This document shows positions 1-11,333 of a stretch of 64,000 nt of DNA, piece by piece (the stretch's first letter is position 1; each line of letters opens with the position of its first letter). Below the pieces are notes generated by a model that was given only the letters and a program-made list of their open reading frames with translations, ran no database searches and had not been told where the DNA came from. Both the position numbers and the translations under genes were made by a program. Source of the stretch: Blasia pusilla (taxonomy: Eukaryota). The stretch is from assembly GCA_050084515.1 (NCBI GenBank), contig CM114271.1, positions 32,426,001 through 32,490,000 on the forward strand. The letters are read 5' to 3'.

Positions 1-22
1 CTTTGAAGCAAGAAAAAAAATA

Positions 23-262
23 GTGTTGCGGGGTGCAGCTGATGGAGGCATGGATCCCATGGACAGCCTAGATCTCGAGAATAGGCTCGCCGCATTCTAT
101 GACATTGCCTGCAAGGCTCTGCCTCCCTTGTGCACAGACCATGTTGGGCCTGTGGAGATTTTCCGAGCTCCCCAAAAGGGCCAAGGGCTCTTCTTGACCA
201 AAGATGTTGGACCTGGAGAGCTCCTCCTAGTGTGCAATCCTCTAGCATTGATTCTCCCATAG
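23..262 (+). pseudogene. Fragment resembling the N-terminal part of a SET domain (TPR/SET methyltransferase-like), apparently truncated
   Basis: Translation DHVGPVEIFRAPQKGQGLFLTKDVGPGELLLVCNPLA fits the SET N-terminal pattern (GxGLF.TKD+..GELLL..P). A stop follows at 260-262 and I see no continuation; the region is at the window edge. Confidence 0.5.
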
Positions 263-881
263 AAATATGATCAGTATCGGACTGGAGCATTGAACAATAA
301 GTTGACATCGCAATGGCGGAGGAGCCATTCGGTGGGTCTGGAGGATTTCGTTTTCTTTGGAGAATTTGAGAGAGGCATCTTCTTACGAGCTTTTCACTCT
401 CACTAGCAGAAATTACCTTTGCACAGATTCTCCTTCCGATCGTTGCCTCGATCGTTGCCTGCGATTACAAATTTCTTGCCACACCCTCCTCCGCTGCCAC
501 ACCCTCCTCCGATGGTAGGTGATGCACTTTCGCTGAAATTCTAGCATTTCCACTCACTCCACCGTCAGGATAGAGCATTCCATTCACTTCTGCCTCTCCC
601 TTCTCCAAAGCAGAGAAGAGAAGTCCATTTATTTGCTCTCAAGAAGGCTCAAAGCCTAACAGATATTAGCCTTGAACACGTGGAGCAAGGATTGCCCCTC
701 CATGAACACACGAAATGCCCCTCCATGAACGCACGAAATCAAATCAAATAATCAACCAAACCTTGGCACAACCTTAGAATAACGTCAGATTATTTTAAGG
801 GTATCGGGTTTCACTTCTTATAGCCATCATGCCCTTTTTTTCCTTTTTTCCTTTCTAAACCATGTTATAGTAATAGTATAT

Positions 882-1262
882 ATATCTTGAAAGGGTTAAA
901 GAGATGGTGGTTTTAGGTGTGTGTCGTCGCTTTATCTATGTGTGTCGTAATCTTATTAAAACTGGAGGTGGTGGTTTTAGGGTTAAGGACCTTGACACAA
1001 TTCTAATATCTTGAAAAGGTTAAAGAGATGTTATGTGATTGCAATTTGTCAAGGTCTTGTTACAGTGGTGGTTTTCTTCTTATGGATCATAAGACCTACA
1101 CATAATTCCAATACCTTGAAAGGGTTACAAGAGATGTTACATGATTGCAATCCATATGTCAAGGACTTTGGTTATATGACATGCGAGGCAAGTGACCTTC
1201 ATATGCGGATCATCCTGAAAGCAAGAGAGGTCTAGATGCAAAGCTCTTTAACTTATCAAGTA
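882..1262 (+). mobile_element. Helitron Rep/helicase-like remnant with internally duplicated segments
   Basis: Translation NTLKGLQEMLHDCNPYVKDF resembles the Helitron RepHel motif L..LQ.ML...NPYV..F. The segment at(a/c)ttgaaa(a/g)ggtta(a/c)a(a)gagatg recurs three times (about 883, 1005, 1110). Confidence 0.4.
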
Positions 1263-4200
1263 CTTTTGAAAATCGTTAATCGTCTAGGTCTTCTCTAATT
1301 CATTTGCACTATCATGAATGTAGAGTTCAGCAAATTGGGGATGACTTCCCATCTCACGATTAAGGGTCCAATCGAAAGATAGATGCTTTGAACCCTAAAG
1401 TGTCCAGTGCCACCAACGTGCTCATTTACATGCATCCAATAGATGCTAGCTGAAGTGCAAAATTTTACACTCTTGCATGAGTAAGAAAATGGAGACTTCT
1501 AGGATCAACACCTAAAATCAATGATTTCAAGGATGGGGGACATGCCTTCCAGAGGAACACAGTTATCTTCCCATGGTCACAACACATACCTTGTGGTGAG
1601 TCATGAGGCTTTGACCCTCTCTCTCCATTTTACATTTTCAATGTAGAGCACGACATGATGGACATGTTTTTGTCATGTCACCCAACGTATGACGACTAGT
1701 TGTAGGATTGAAACACTTTTGTAATCGGATCTTCCTTATATCGCTTTCTTTGAAATTTTGTCTCCTTGTAATATTGAGAGAGAAAAAAGTATCCTTATGA
1801 TTGTATCAATATAAGGCAAAGGGCGAAGTATAGAGGCATTTGGCATTGTGGCACGGTTTGGGGATAACATGCTTTTATGAACTGTTGAAGGAAAAGGATG
1901 CTCTCTAGAGGTTACTTCACTCCTAAGATAGCAAAGAGTCGATGCATTATTCATGATCACATATAGAGGGTCCAATAGTTCATCTTGAATAAGAGCAATG
2001 GTAGGTAACTCATCTCTTGGTATTATATGAACCAAAGGAGTCCCAAAAACTTCATGGATTGAGATGTTGGGTAATTGAATAGTCTCTTGGCGATACATCA
2101 ATGGCATCTTCTTGCACCTGAATTACATAATCATTTTGAATGAACTCATCTTCTCCATCTCCATGATAAACTCCATGATTTGTTATTATCATAACTCTAC
2201 AAAGCAAACCATAACATTGATCATTGAGATACCTGAAAAAAGATAGAAAGTTTTCAAAGATTAGGAAGAACACAAAGTATGATATGAATGTGGAAGGTTG
2301 AGAGCAAAGATACACAAAAAGAAGGAATAAGATATGAGTTCATGTATAGGGCCTTAGGAATGGACTTCCATTATTTGGTGGTTAGATAAATTAAATTGAA
2401 ACACTTGGAATGGCCTCGACGACCAAAGTAGAGCTAGGATGAACTTGAAGCACTTTCCTTCTTCTCTTATATTCTCATTTTTAGGTCTTTTTTTCTCGTT
2501 AAATCTCCAATTTATCATCACGATTCACTCGTTTTTCATTTCTTGAGCTTCACCATGCAACACCTTCCGAAAATCACGGGTATCTATTGGATTCAATGGA
2601 ATTGGGAGTTCTAAATCATAGTTTTAGATGTAAGTTTGAAATAGATTGGCATAGCAAATGATCTTGGATTAAATGAACTTACGTTGGAGAAGATTCAATC
2701 AATGGAACATAGTGTATTTCCACTCCGCGGGCTAGTTTTGGTGCACGATGCGCACGACTTCTTTTTTCAGCTTCCACACGTTGTCGTGTAGTAAAATGAT
2801 CCACAATATATATTCCACTCTTATTAATATAAGAGAGAGTTTTATAATTATTAAATAAATTAGTTTGGGAAATAAACCTTTCTATGATGCCTCATTTGTG
2901 CGAGCCCAACTTTAGGAAAAGACGTAATGAATGAGAAATAAAAAATAGATAAATAAAGTAGTGGGTTGGTGTATTCATGAAAATAAAACTGAATTAGTCT
3001 TGGTTTGTGAAGAAGTTGAAGGTAGGGCAGTAGGAAGGATATGAACTGGGTTTATGAGGATATTTTAGACGAGATAAGAAGTAATCTACTTATGTCAAAA
3101 TGGGATTGGCTAAGCCTTGAGAGAAAGCCATGTGGCACAAGATAGCATTAGCCTTATCTTATACTCTAATTACTCTTATGAGTAAGTATATAAAGAGAAG
3201 GCACATTCAAGGGTTCATCACCTTGAACTTCATTTCTCGAGTTTCTCTTGTCTCTCTTGAGTGGGTGGCGTTGGGCTTGGTTGCTCTCCCAATGAGAGTG
3301 GATCACCCCTCTTGGGAGAGTGACTTGGCCGTGGTCAATTCTTCAAGAGTTCTGAGAGTCTTATATGTGTGTAGATGATTATTTGGAGAGACTTTTTATA
3401 TTAAAAGAGTTCCCTCTATCATTCTAGGGATGATGAATGGATTTGGACTTGTCGCTTTTCCAAAGAGAGTGGTTAGCTCTCTTGGGAGAGCAACTCCACT
3501 AGAACCCTTCTCAAGAAGTTAGAGATTATCAAGTATAGGTTGAATTAGGAAAAACTTATCTTCCATGAATTTGAGGAAATAATTGTAGTGATTTTCCCGA
3601 GACTTCAATTCGTGTAGGGGAAGAGAGAAGGATGGAGGATGTTTGTCAATCATGGATATGGGTGGAGCGCTTGTTGTCCCAATTTCCCCTTTCTTAAGGC
3701 ATATCAAGCAAATTTCCTCTTTGTAGATAGGCAATGGTTTACTCGTTATCTAGAATACCATTTTGGAAAGGCATTCATGAACCAGGTTATGCAATCACCG
3801 ACTCCGATAATACTTCCTATTGTCACATACGAAAGGACTTGGGATTGTACTTTGTATGTCTTTATTTAGAAATCTATGGATGTAAATAGACCTGCTTGAG
3901 TAGGGTTCAATACCAGTTCTGTCATTTTTCTTGTGTACAAGCCTAAAGTAGTTTAGAGAGACTTCATAGTTAGAAATTTTGGGGTTAGATATTATGAAGA
4001 AGTGATTGCCTCAAAACTACCATTCCTGATTCTTTTTGTGAAAGAATGGAGAGTGTATGTAGTGATTCTATGTTGAATAGAAGAATTTCTTACAGAATTC
4101 ACCTAGCATTAACGACTGCCGAAGCTAGAAAGTGTGTCCTTACTCAAAGAAAGGCTCTCGACACGACTACATGTTAGTTTGCGAAAATCACATGTATTCA

Positions 4201-7200
4201 TAGGAATTGATGGAAGAGGGAGTCTATGTAGAAAATATGCACGATGAATGTCATAAAGGAAAATGTCATAAAAGATACTACACAACTTCTACAAAAATAC
4301 CATAATTGAACACTACTTACAAATGGTAGAAAAGAATTATGCTCACATAGGACAGAGGGGCTTTAATATGACAACTTGTCCTATAGTTCTTAGAGAAGCG
4401 ACAGGTATATTTGTGATAAGAGCATCTGGTTGTCTCTCGATGCCCACCAACGTATGATTGAGAGTCGAAAACTAGAGCATATACAACAAAGACGAGTTAC
4501 TAAAAATGGAATGAAAGTGAAAAAATCCTAGCTAAGAAGAGGAGCATAAAATTTCGAAATAGAATGAAAAGTAAGATAGGAAAAGGAGAGAAAAAAATAG
4601 TTTTAAGAAAAACTTAGTATAAATGGAATGAAAAAGGGGAAAAAAAAACCTAACTAAGAAGGAAAGAAAAAAAATTCCAAAAGGAGTAAGAAGTGAGAAA
4701 GGATAAGACAAAAAATTAAGACAAAAATAGGAGAGAAAATATATATTTTTAATTAATAATATTGAAAAGAAAAAAAAGTAAATAAGAAGGAAAGTTTGGA
4801 AATTTATTTATTCTTAAATAATTTTCATTTTAAAACTAAGTAATTAAAAAATCTTTTTAAAAACTAATTTCTTTCACTTGAGCCTAATCCAATCTTAACC
4901 CGAGCCTAGATTCAAACGGGCCATATGTCACAACGGCTCCATCTAGCCACCGCTACATCAATGGGGTTTATCCCCCGCCGTTAGATCAACGGCATTGTTA
5001 GATCTTTGACGTTGATCTAATGACACCATTAACAATGATAAACTCCATGGTTGTGAAGCCGTTGGGTCTGACCCTAATCGAGCCTTATGGAGATGAGAGA
5101 ATATAAGAAATATATGGAATTATTATTTCGCCGGGTGTACATAGAATTAAGATGTCCAAGGAAGTAAGGTGGATTTTCTGAATTATAATGATGGGTACAC
5201 ATGTCAGTCGTGAATTGGTCCACGTGGTCTAATTGAAATGTAATATATTTAGCAGCAAGAGAAACAAATGGCAAATTTGAGATGCACCACATGACAAAAA
5301 GCACGTTGGGAATTTGACATCCAAATTCATAATACAACGATGGATTCTGTCACAATATGTTTCCAAAGTAGTTGCCTTGAGTACTAGGCGGAGGAAGCTA
5401 GAGGGATTGTTAGGAGTAGCTACAGATAAGAAAAAGATTTGAGACAATTTCTTAGGAATATAGTGAATGGGCATAGGACTGGAGCATTTGGTAGCAAAGA
5501 AGGGTTATGGGATTTCATAGTTTTAGGTACATTATTTTTAATATGGGGTAACACTTATAAGAAATGTATGGCATTATTATTTCTCCATAGAAGATGTCCA
5601 TCTATGTTAGTACCGCATGTAACAAGTTCACTATAGATTGGGTGAGAAAATGTTGGGTGCAATTGAAAGCAATGTGGGATGAGTATTGTGGATGCAATTG
5701 GTATCGGCGCTCAGGTAAGAGCAACACCTTGTTCACATATGATGCATGTGATGGCCAACATATTGATATTAAAATGGTGATTTCAAATTAATGTGAGTTT
5801 GTCCATGAAACCAAGTCTTACATATAGGATATATGAATTGGATAACGGTGATTTACAAGTGATAAATGATTACATGTGCGGTGTGTTATGTTTTGCCAAG
5901 TGATGTGCATGTTATAGTGTGAAGTCATTTTCTGAGATTATGAAAGGCTATTTTTGGGAGGAAATAGGTTAGGGGGATGACGGGTCTGGCCCAATGACCA
6001 TCCTGCTCATAGTGAGGTTCAATTCCTCTCCGTCATAAATGCCAAAGTTGGCAGTGGCAGTGGATATCGCCTTCTCATTTCAAGTGAGGTTTGTACATAC
6101 TTGCCTACTCTAACACAAAGTGTTGCTCTGAAAACTACAAAGTTATAATGATCACTTCACAGCAAGATCTCTAGTTTGAGTAGCACACGTCGTTTCCTTT
6201 CAGCTTGTGAAGGCTTCTTAGATACTTGTGGGATTGGCTTAGTTGCCTTCTCCTCCAAGGGTGGTTCGCATAAGATGGTTGGTGATGCCTCTTGGTTGTT
6301 TGAAACATGTGTGCTCTGACCCTTTTTTCCAGATGCGGACCCAATTGCAAATTCTCTTTGACTTGTGGGCCTCTTCAATTGATATTGTGGGGTTTGGACG
6401 TCCTCCTTGCATAAATCCATATCTTTCACATCCCTTGGGAACTACCCTTTACTCGATCCTTCCAGCACATCATACGTGGGGATGGAATCCCTTCAGGCAT
6501 CTCCAAAGAGTGGAGCCTCTAGAGGACTCAATCTTGTGCCCAGACAAGGCTAATGGCCAATTGAGGATTCTTACATACACTCAATAGGATACAATCATCA
6601 TGTGTTGTTGGAGATCACTTGTAACTCTCTAAAGGTGTATCATCTGCAAGCTTCAAGCCATAGTGCTTTTTCGATGAAGTGCAACTTTTCACTTCACTCT
6701 TCCCTTTTCTTTGCGTGCTTTTCATCACTATTCTTCTAGCTTTTCATCGCGATGATAAAAAAAAAATGCCTTTGTAGACATTGTGTTCTTGCGATGGGTG
6801 CAAAGATAGAAGCAAGTCAAGTAGATCCAAATGAAAAATGAGAGTATTGTCGAACCATGGAGTTTTCACATCGTTTTTGTGGAGCATGTGTTTGATTGTC
6901 CAAGAAGGAGCCGGTTAGTTGTTCACATAGGGGCCGGAAAACGTGAACGTATCAACAGCATCAGTAACATGAATAGCATGAAATACATATGCTATGCGTA
7001 GTTGAGTAGAGATTTGAAAGCGCATTAGCAACCACGTAGTCTTTCGAGCTAACTAAAGCTAGTAGTTTGTAGGCACCTACACACTATGCATTGAACCTTA
7101 ATAAAGCTCAAAGAAGTTGAACTTTTCTATGGTGTATTTTTGGATTTCTACATTGAAAATTGCACTCGGAAGTAAAGCGAATGTCATCTTTGTATTTCTC

Positions 7201-7209
7201 GATCTCGTT

Positions 7210-7316
7210 TGTCGTACGAATCCACATCGTCATACAACATACATCGCTGACATACCATACTCACATACATACATAACATAGATGAGAGCATCCACAAACA
7301 TAAGTGTACCACAACT
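7210..7316 (-). repeat. Repeat Y2 (107 bp), forming the 3' terminus of copy 1
   Basis: Direct repeat of 7685-7791. Ends ...TACGACA against host flank. Confidence 0.93.
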
Positions 7317-7682
7317 GAAATCCGTGGAAGACCTACTGTCATAAAACATGTATAGAATCACATACAATCGAGCCAAACCCACTCCACGATGGGAGAATCT
7401 AGGTCGAAGCTTGCGGGAAACACCATAGCCAAGAGCTCTACTCACTACCAAGGCTAACTCCCAACGCAACAGGCTCAACTCAAAGAACTAACTGTTCTTT
7501 GAGTGCACTCCACCTTATATCCTCCAACCTAAGAGCGGGCCTAATGGAAAAGTCACCCCCAATTGAGTAACCCCCAACCCTATGTATGAAACTGCATCTC
7601 TACCTAGCCACTACGGTCCTACATAAGGTATGGCCTCTACTAGCACACTATACTCTACGACATAATCCGTATGGTCATGACA
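7316..7682 (-). repeat. Second copy X2 (367 bp) of the terminal repeat, sandwiched between Y1 and Y2
   Basis: Near-identical to 14989-15356. In element sense it is preceded by Y1 plus GC and followed by Y2. Confidence 0.95.
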
Positions 7683-7684
7683 GC

Positions 7685-7791
7685 TGTCGTGCGAATCCGA
7701 TTCGTCATACAACATACATCGCTGACATACCATACTCACATACATACATAACATAGACGAGAGCATCCACAAACATAAGTGTACCACAACT
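7685..7791 (-). repeat. Repeat Y1 (107 bp), immediately after the PPT
   Basis: Direct repeat of 7210-7316 (5 mismatches by eye). In element sense it ends ...GCACGACA, followed by GC and then the TGTCATG start of X2. Confidence 0.93.
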
Positions 7792-7800
7792 CGCCCCCCT
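7792..7800 (-). promoter_or_regulatory. Polypurine-tract-like plus-strand primer (AGGGGGGCG)
   Basis: G-rich run directly abutting the start of Y1 and downstream of the pol stop codon. No comparable tract abuts X2. Confidence 0.65.
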
Positions 7801-7963
7801 AACTCGCGGTTAGGTCCCTCTAACTCCCATGTAGCCCTATACATCTACTACATGCTATACACCTTCGTGGGTGCACGAATCAGAAGGCGGGGTGCTAGGT
7901 TGCCCCATCGTTAGTCGTACATCTGTAATCCATATCATGCAAAGATCAAGTCATCTACCTCTC

Positions 7964-8545
7964 CTAAGTACATTGAGGACAAACCCACCTTCCAGTAGGA
8001 ACAACATCCATACGTGGAGTCAAACACATCATGTGCCAACCCCTAGAACACCGATCACACACCAACATACGGGTTGCGTTACCAGCAGACCCACACAACA
8101 TGCACCTCAAGCAAGCACGTATCATGGCTAAGCTTGGGTTAACAATACCATCCATATTTGGAAGATGATATGGTGCACAATTACGCACATGGTCCTTCCA
8201 AACAACTCCATCACGATCCTCCAACATGAGAACTCCAGAAGTTAACACCTCGTGCACTCGTAAAATAGTGCGGCCTACTGTCACATCCAACATTGTCGGT
8301 GCAATCTGCTGCAAATAGACATAGTCCCCTACATGGAACCTAGGAATCGATGGTCGATAACCTCCACCCTGAATGGTTGCATACCGCAACGTATCCCTGT
8401 GTTGAGCAATGGCAAGATTCTCAAAGGCTGTTGGCATAACTCTCCGAAAGAGCTCTCCCCGTTGAGAACACACTCTCATCCACATCTGTGAGTGATCAAG
8501 GTTCACCACCTCACTAGACTCCCGACGAATTGCTGCGAGCAAGTG
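7964..8545 (-). pseudogene. Integrase C-terminal region (SH3-like segment) ending in a PHD finger
   Basis: FHVGDYVYL...HVRNCAPY resembles an integrase CTD. It is followed by the C4-H-C3 pattern CMLC...CDRC...WHMMC...WVCPQC at 8104-7967. The first part matches copy 2 at about 63810-64000. Confidence 0.85.
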
Positions 8546-9404
8546 ACTCCCAAACCACCTGGATAGATCACATGACCCAAGTACTCAACATCCTCATGGA
8601 AGAACTTACACTTTCCTGGATGCAAACGTAGACCATGAGCTTTCAACCGCTCAAACACCATCTGCAAATGTATCTGATGCTCCTCCACCGTGTTACTGAA
8701 CACCAAGATATCATCAATGTAACACGGAACAAAATCCAACCCTGCTAGGATCCTATCCATAACTCTCTAAAACTCGGCAGGTGCATTCTTCAACCCAAAG
8801 GGTAAGAATTTCCACTGGTACAAACAATCCTTGCCATGAGAGTTGACACCCCAAAATGTTGTCTTGGCCTGTCACTCTCCCGAATCGGAAATTGATGGTA
8901 TCCTGCCCGAAGATCCAAAGTACTGAAAATCTTTGCATGTCCCATCACATCAAAGATCTCCTCAGGTGTAGGCATGGCATACCTATTGGCCTTGGTTTGC
9001 CGATTGAGAGGACGGTAATCTCCACACATCTGCCTATCCGTGTAGTTGCCATGCATATCCTTTTTAGCAGGTATGACAATGGCTGATGCATACTCTCCAT
9101 GTGACAACTCCACTAATCCAGCCTCCAAAAGGTCCAACGTCCTACTCTGAATCAGGTCCCTCTCCATATCACTATATCGGTAGGGACGACGGAAGATTGG
9201 CGTATCACTAGCCAAATCAATCCGTATACTGGGTCCAATCAGAGAACCCAACTCCTTCATGCTAAAGGCAAAACAACTCCTATAAGCACGTAGGAATTGT
9301 GTCAAGCGTCGTTTCTCACCTCTCGTAAGCTTGGGCCCAAGTAATGGCTCCCAAGTCTCCTCCACTGGCACACTAGAGGGAGAGGATGATGCCATTGGTC
9401 GCAC
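8546..9404 (-). pseudogene. Reverse transcriptase of copy 1 (C-terminally deleted)
   Basis: PIFRRPYRYS, CGDYRPLN, FSTLDLRAGYHQ, PFGLKNAPAEF, YIDDILVFS, KCKFF..VEYLGH: Ty3/gypsy RT motifs with one frameshift. Confidence 0.95.
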
Positions 9405-9639
9405 ATAACCCCCTCACAAGATGGTACACCCTTAGCTACACCATCATCTCGAGCAAATAACTCCTCCACCAAAGCATGAGCAACCAACTCCACATGCCCA
9501 CCATTACATCCCATTTACTCCAAGGATGCAAAATACTACTCTCCTCGCCCCACCGATGTCTCTCTTGCCCCGGTAGCCATCAAGCTCATTACAAGGGGTG
9601 GAAGACCCACAGACATAGTCCGAAGTTGATTTGCTCGCC

Positions 9640-10591
9640 ATACCAAGACTCAAAATCCAAGTCAAACAATTCAGGTCCATGGCCTGACCCAACACATGAC
9701 GTCGTGAAGCCTCAGAAATGGAAGCAACCGATGTCACACCAGTAGCAAATCCCATCACACGCTCTCTCTCATTAGCGTTAGGCTCCACCAACTGTCGCAC
9801 ATGAGAATCCCATACAAGCCCGGGACCACCTTCCTTGTATGCATGTGACGAGGGAAAAGTCACAAATGTGGGTAGTGCCATCCTAGGCTGGCCCACACGG
9901 TTCAACACTGCCATGGGTGACCCATCAATAACCCTCACCACCTGAGAAAGTCGCCCAATATCCAAGTTACTATCCACTGTAAGGCAAGGATCCCGCTGCA
10001 CTGCATCATATGCTCAGCGTAGAACCTCCCTAGGCAACAAGTTTGTCCACCACAAGCGTGGACGATGTGCACGCGAGGCAACTCGCGCTGCATCCAACAA
10101 CACCGCTGGTCCAATCCAAGACCGCATCTCATGAACACTCGCCATCATCCGGGTCCGAGCGTCACCCAACAATGAACATTCTCCAGAATGTAAGCTAGAG
10201 CACGTGTCTGATGAACCTGAAGATTTTGTAACACCCGTAACATCTCCCAAAACAATCGAGACCTAGGGTCGTGAAATCCCTCACCACGACCAGCACGTGT
10301 ATGACCCTGACATGGCCATCCAGAAATCACCAAATCCACAGGACCAACCCTCTCAAGGTCCTGCGCCCCCAACAATGCAATGTGTGACGGCAAAGCACGC
10401 TGGTACCCACGAATAGCTAATGACGGCAATAACTCAGGATATCTCCGCATCAACTGACCAATATGTCGGGATGAGACTCTCTGGGCCGTCTCATCTCGCT
10501 CCATATACACGTATCTCCGCACAGGAATACCGGCCTACAACACTGCAGCCAAACCACTGCTAATCCCACCAAAGAGATCTAACACACAAAT
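9640..10591 (-). pseudogene. DNMT3-like cytosine-5 DNA methyltransferase domain within pol (copy 1)
   Basis: Motif I VLDLFGGISSG, motif II ERD, motif IV VDLVISGWPCQG (PCQ 10315-10307), motif VI YILENV (ENV 10183-10175), motif VIII AHRPRLWWTNL, motifs IX-X ERERVMGF...RRHVLGQAMDL. The motif order is unpermuted. Two stops and one 1-bp frameshift are present. Confidence 0.92.
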
Positions 10592-10989
10592 GCCCTCCGG
10601 CGGATACTGCCATACAATGGGTGTAGTATCCAAAGGAGATAACCCAACTGGACCAGAAGTAGGAGTCCGTCGTGGGGCCTCCTCTTCCTCGTGAGGTATA
10701 AAAGCCTCACACCAAGCCTCCTGCACTAGGCCATCAGCCTCCTGCCATAGTGCACCACCTGAACTCCAAAGTGGCACATCCAATGATGAGGATGCCACTG
10801 CTGCAAAAATAGGGACCTCCTCATGCACAGGAGAATCCATAGCAAAAACATTACCCTCCAAAAAGTCTCCTGGCCAAGTGACTACTCCACTAAAACCAAC
10901 CAGAGATGCTAACACTGTTGGGGAAGACCCTCCTGGTCGAGCCCCATAAATAAATCTCACAGGAACTTGGCTCATACGTCCATCCCCGG

Positions 10990-11333
10990 ACTATCAACCA
11001 AGTCTATAAGACAGTCCAGTAATCCATCTGAAAACCCATCGGGTACAATAATGCTCCTCCAACTAGTACATCATACGACTCGGCTGATGTGACTACCGCA
11101 GATACTCCCAACCGAGAACTATCAGTCGCATGATCTGGTCTCAACTGTACAGAAAACTTCTCCCCTGTCATGAATTGAGACCTATCATTGGCTCCTCCAA
11201 GTGATGTTTGAATCTGGAATGGGCAAGGCTCAAGCTCTCACCTCCGAATACCCAAACCAATACATGCCGCCTTTCCCAACATCAAAGGTTGGGCACTAGA
11301 GTCTAACAAGACTCTATCTGGTCTATACACCTG
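10990..11333 (-). pseudogene. Aspartic protease domain of copy 1
   Basis: Reading through the TGA at 11334-11336 gives RVLLDSSAQPLMLG...YDVLVGG (retropepsin D(S/T)G-like site, here DSS, plus the DVLVG flap motif). It has an 8-bp deletion relative to copy 2. Confidence 0.8.

Noticed and set aside
3093-4163. Possible solo LTR (TGTCA...CGACA with a TATATAAA box)
   Set aside because: No TSD (ACTTA versus CGACT) and no second copy in the window, so it cannot be supported.
4900-6900. Possible decayed Mutator-like transposase and subterminal inverted repeats
   Set aside because: Only vague Cys/His traces and one short inverted repeat near 4980-5022 are visible; no convincing motif or termini.
7210-7791. 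Classifying the split-repeat element as a DIRS/Ngaro/PAT tyrosine-recombinase retrotransposon
   Set aside because: No tyrosine recombinase is visible. Copy 2 has an HHCC plus DDE integrase after RT-RH, the element has an aspartic protease and TG...CA ends, and the methyltransferase is C5-type rather than the DAM-like type of DIRS.
7210-7791. Treating Y1/Y2 as a 107-bp target duplication around a solo LTR
   Set aside because: Y carries its own GACA terminus mirroring the TGTC start of X, the PPT abuts Y1, and the candidate 4-bp TSD lies outside Y2.
9640-10591. Host DRM or DNMT3 gene
   Set aside because: The domain is intronless, lies inside pol at the same position in two TE copies, and has unpermuted motifs with no UBA domains.
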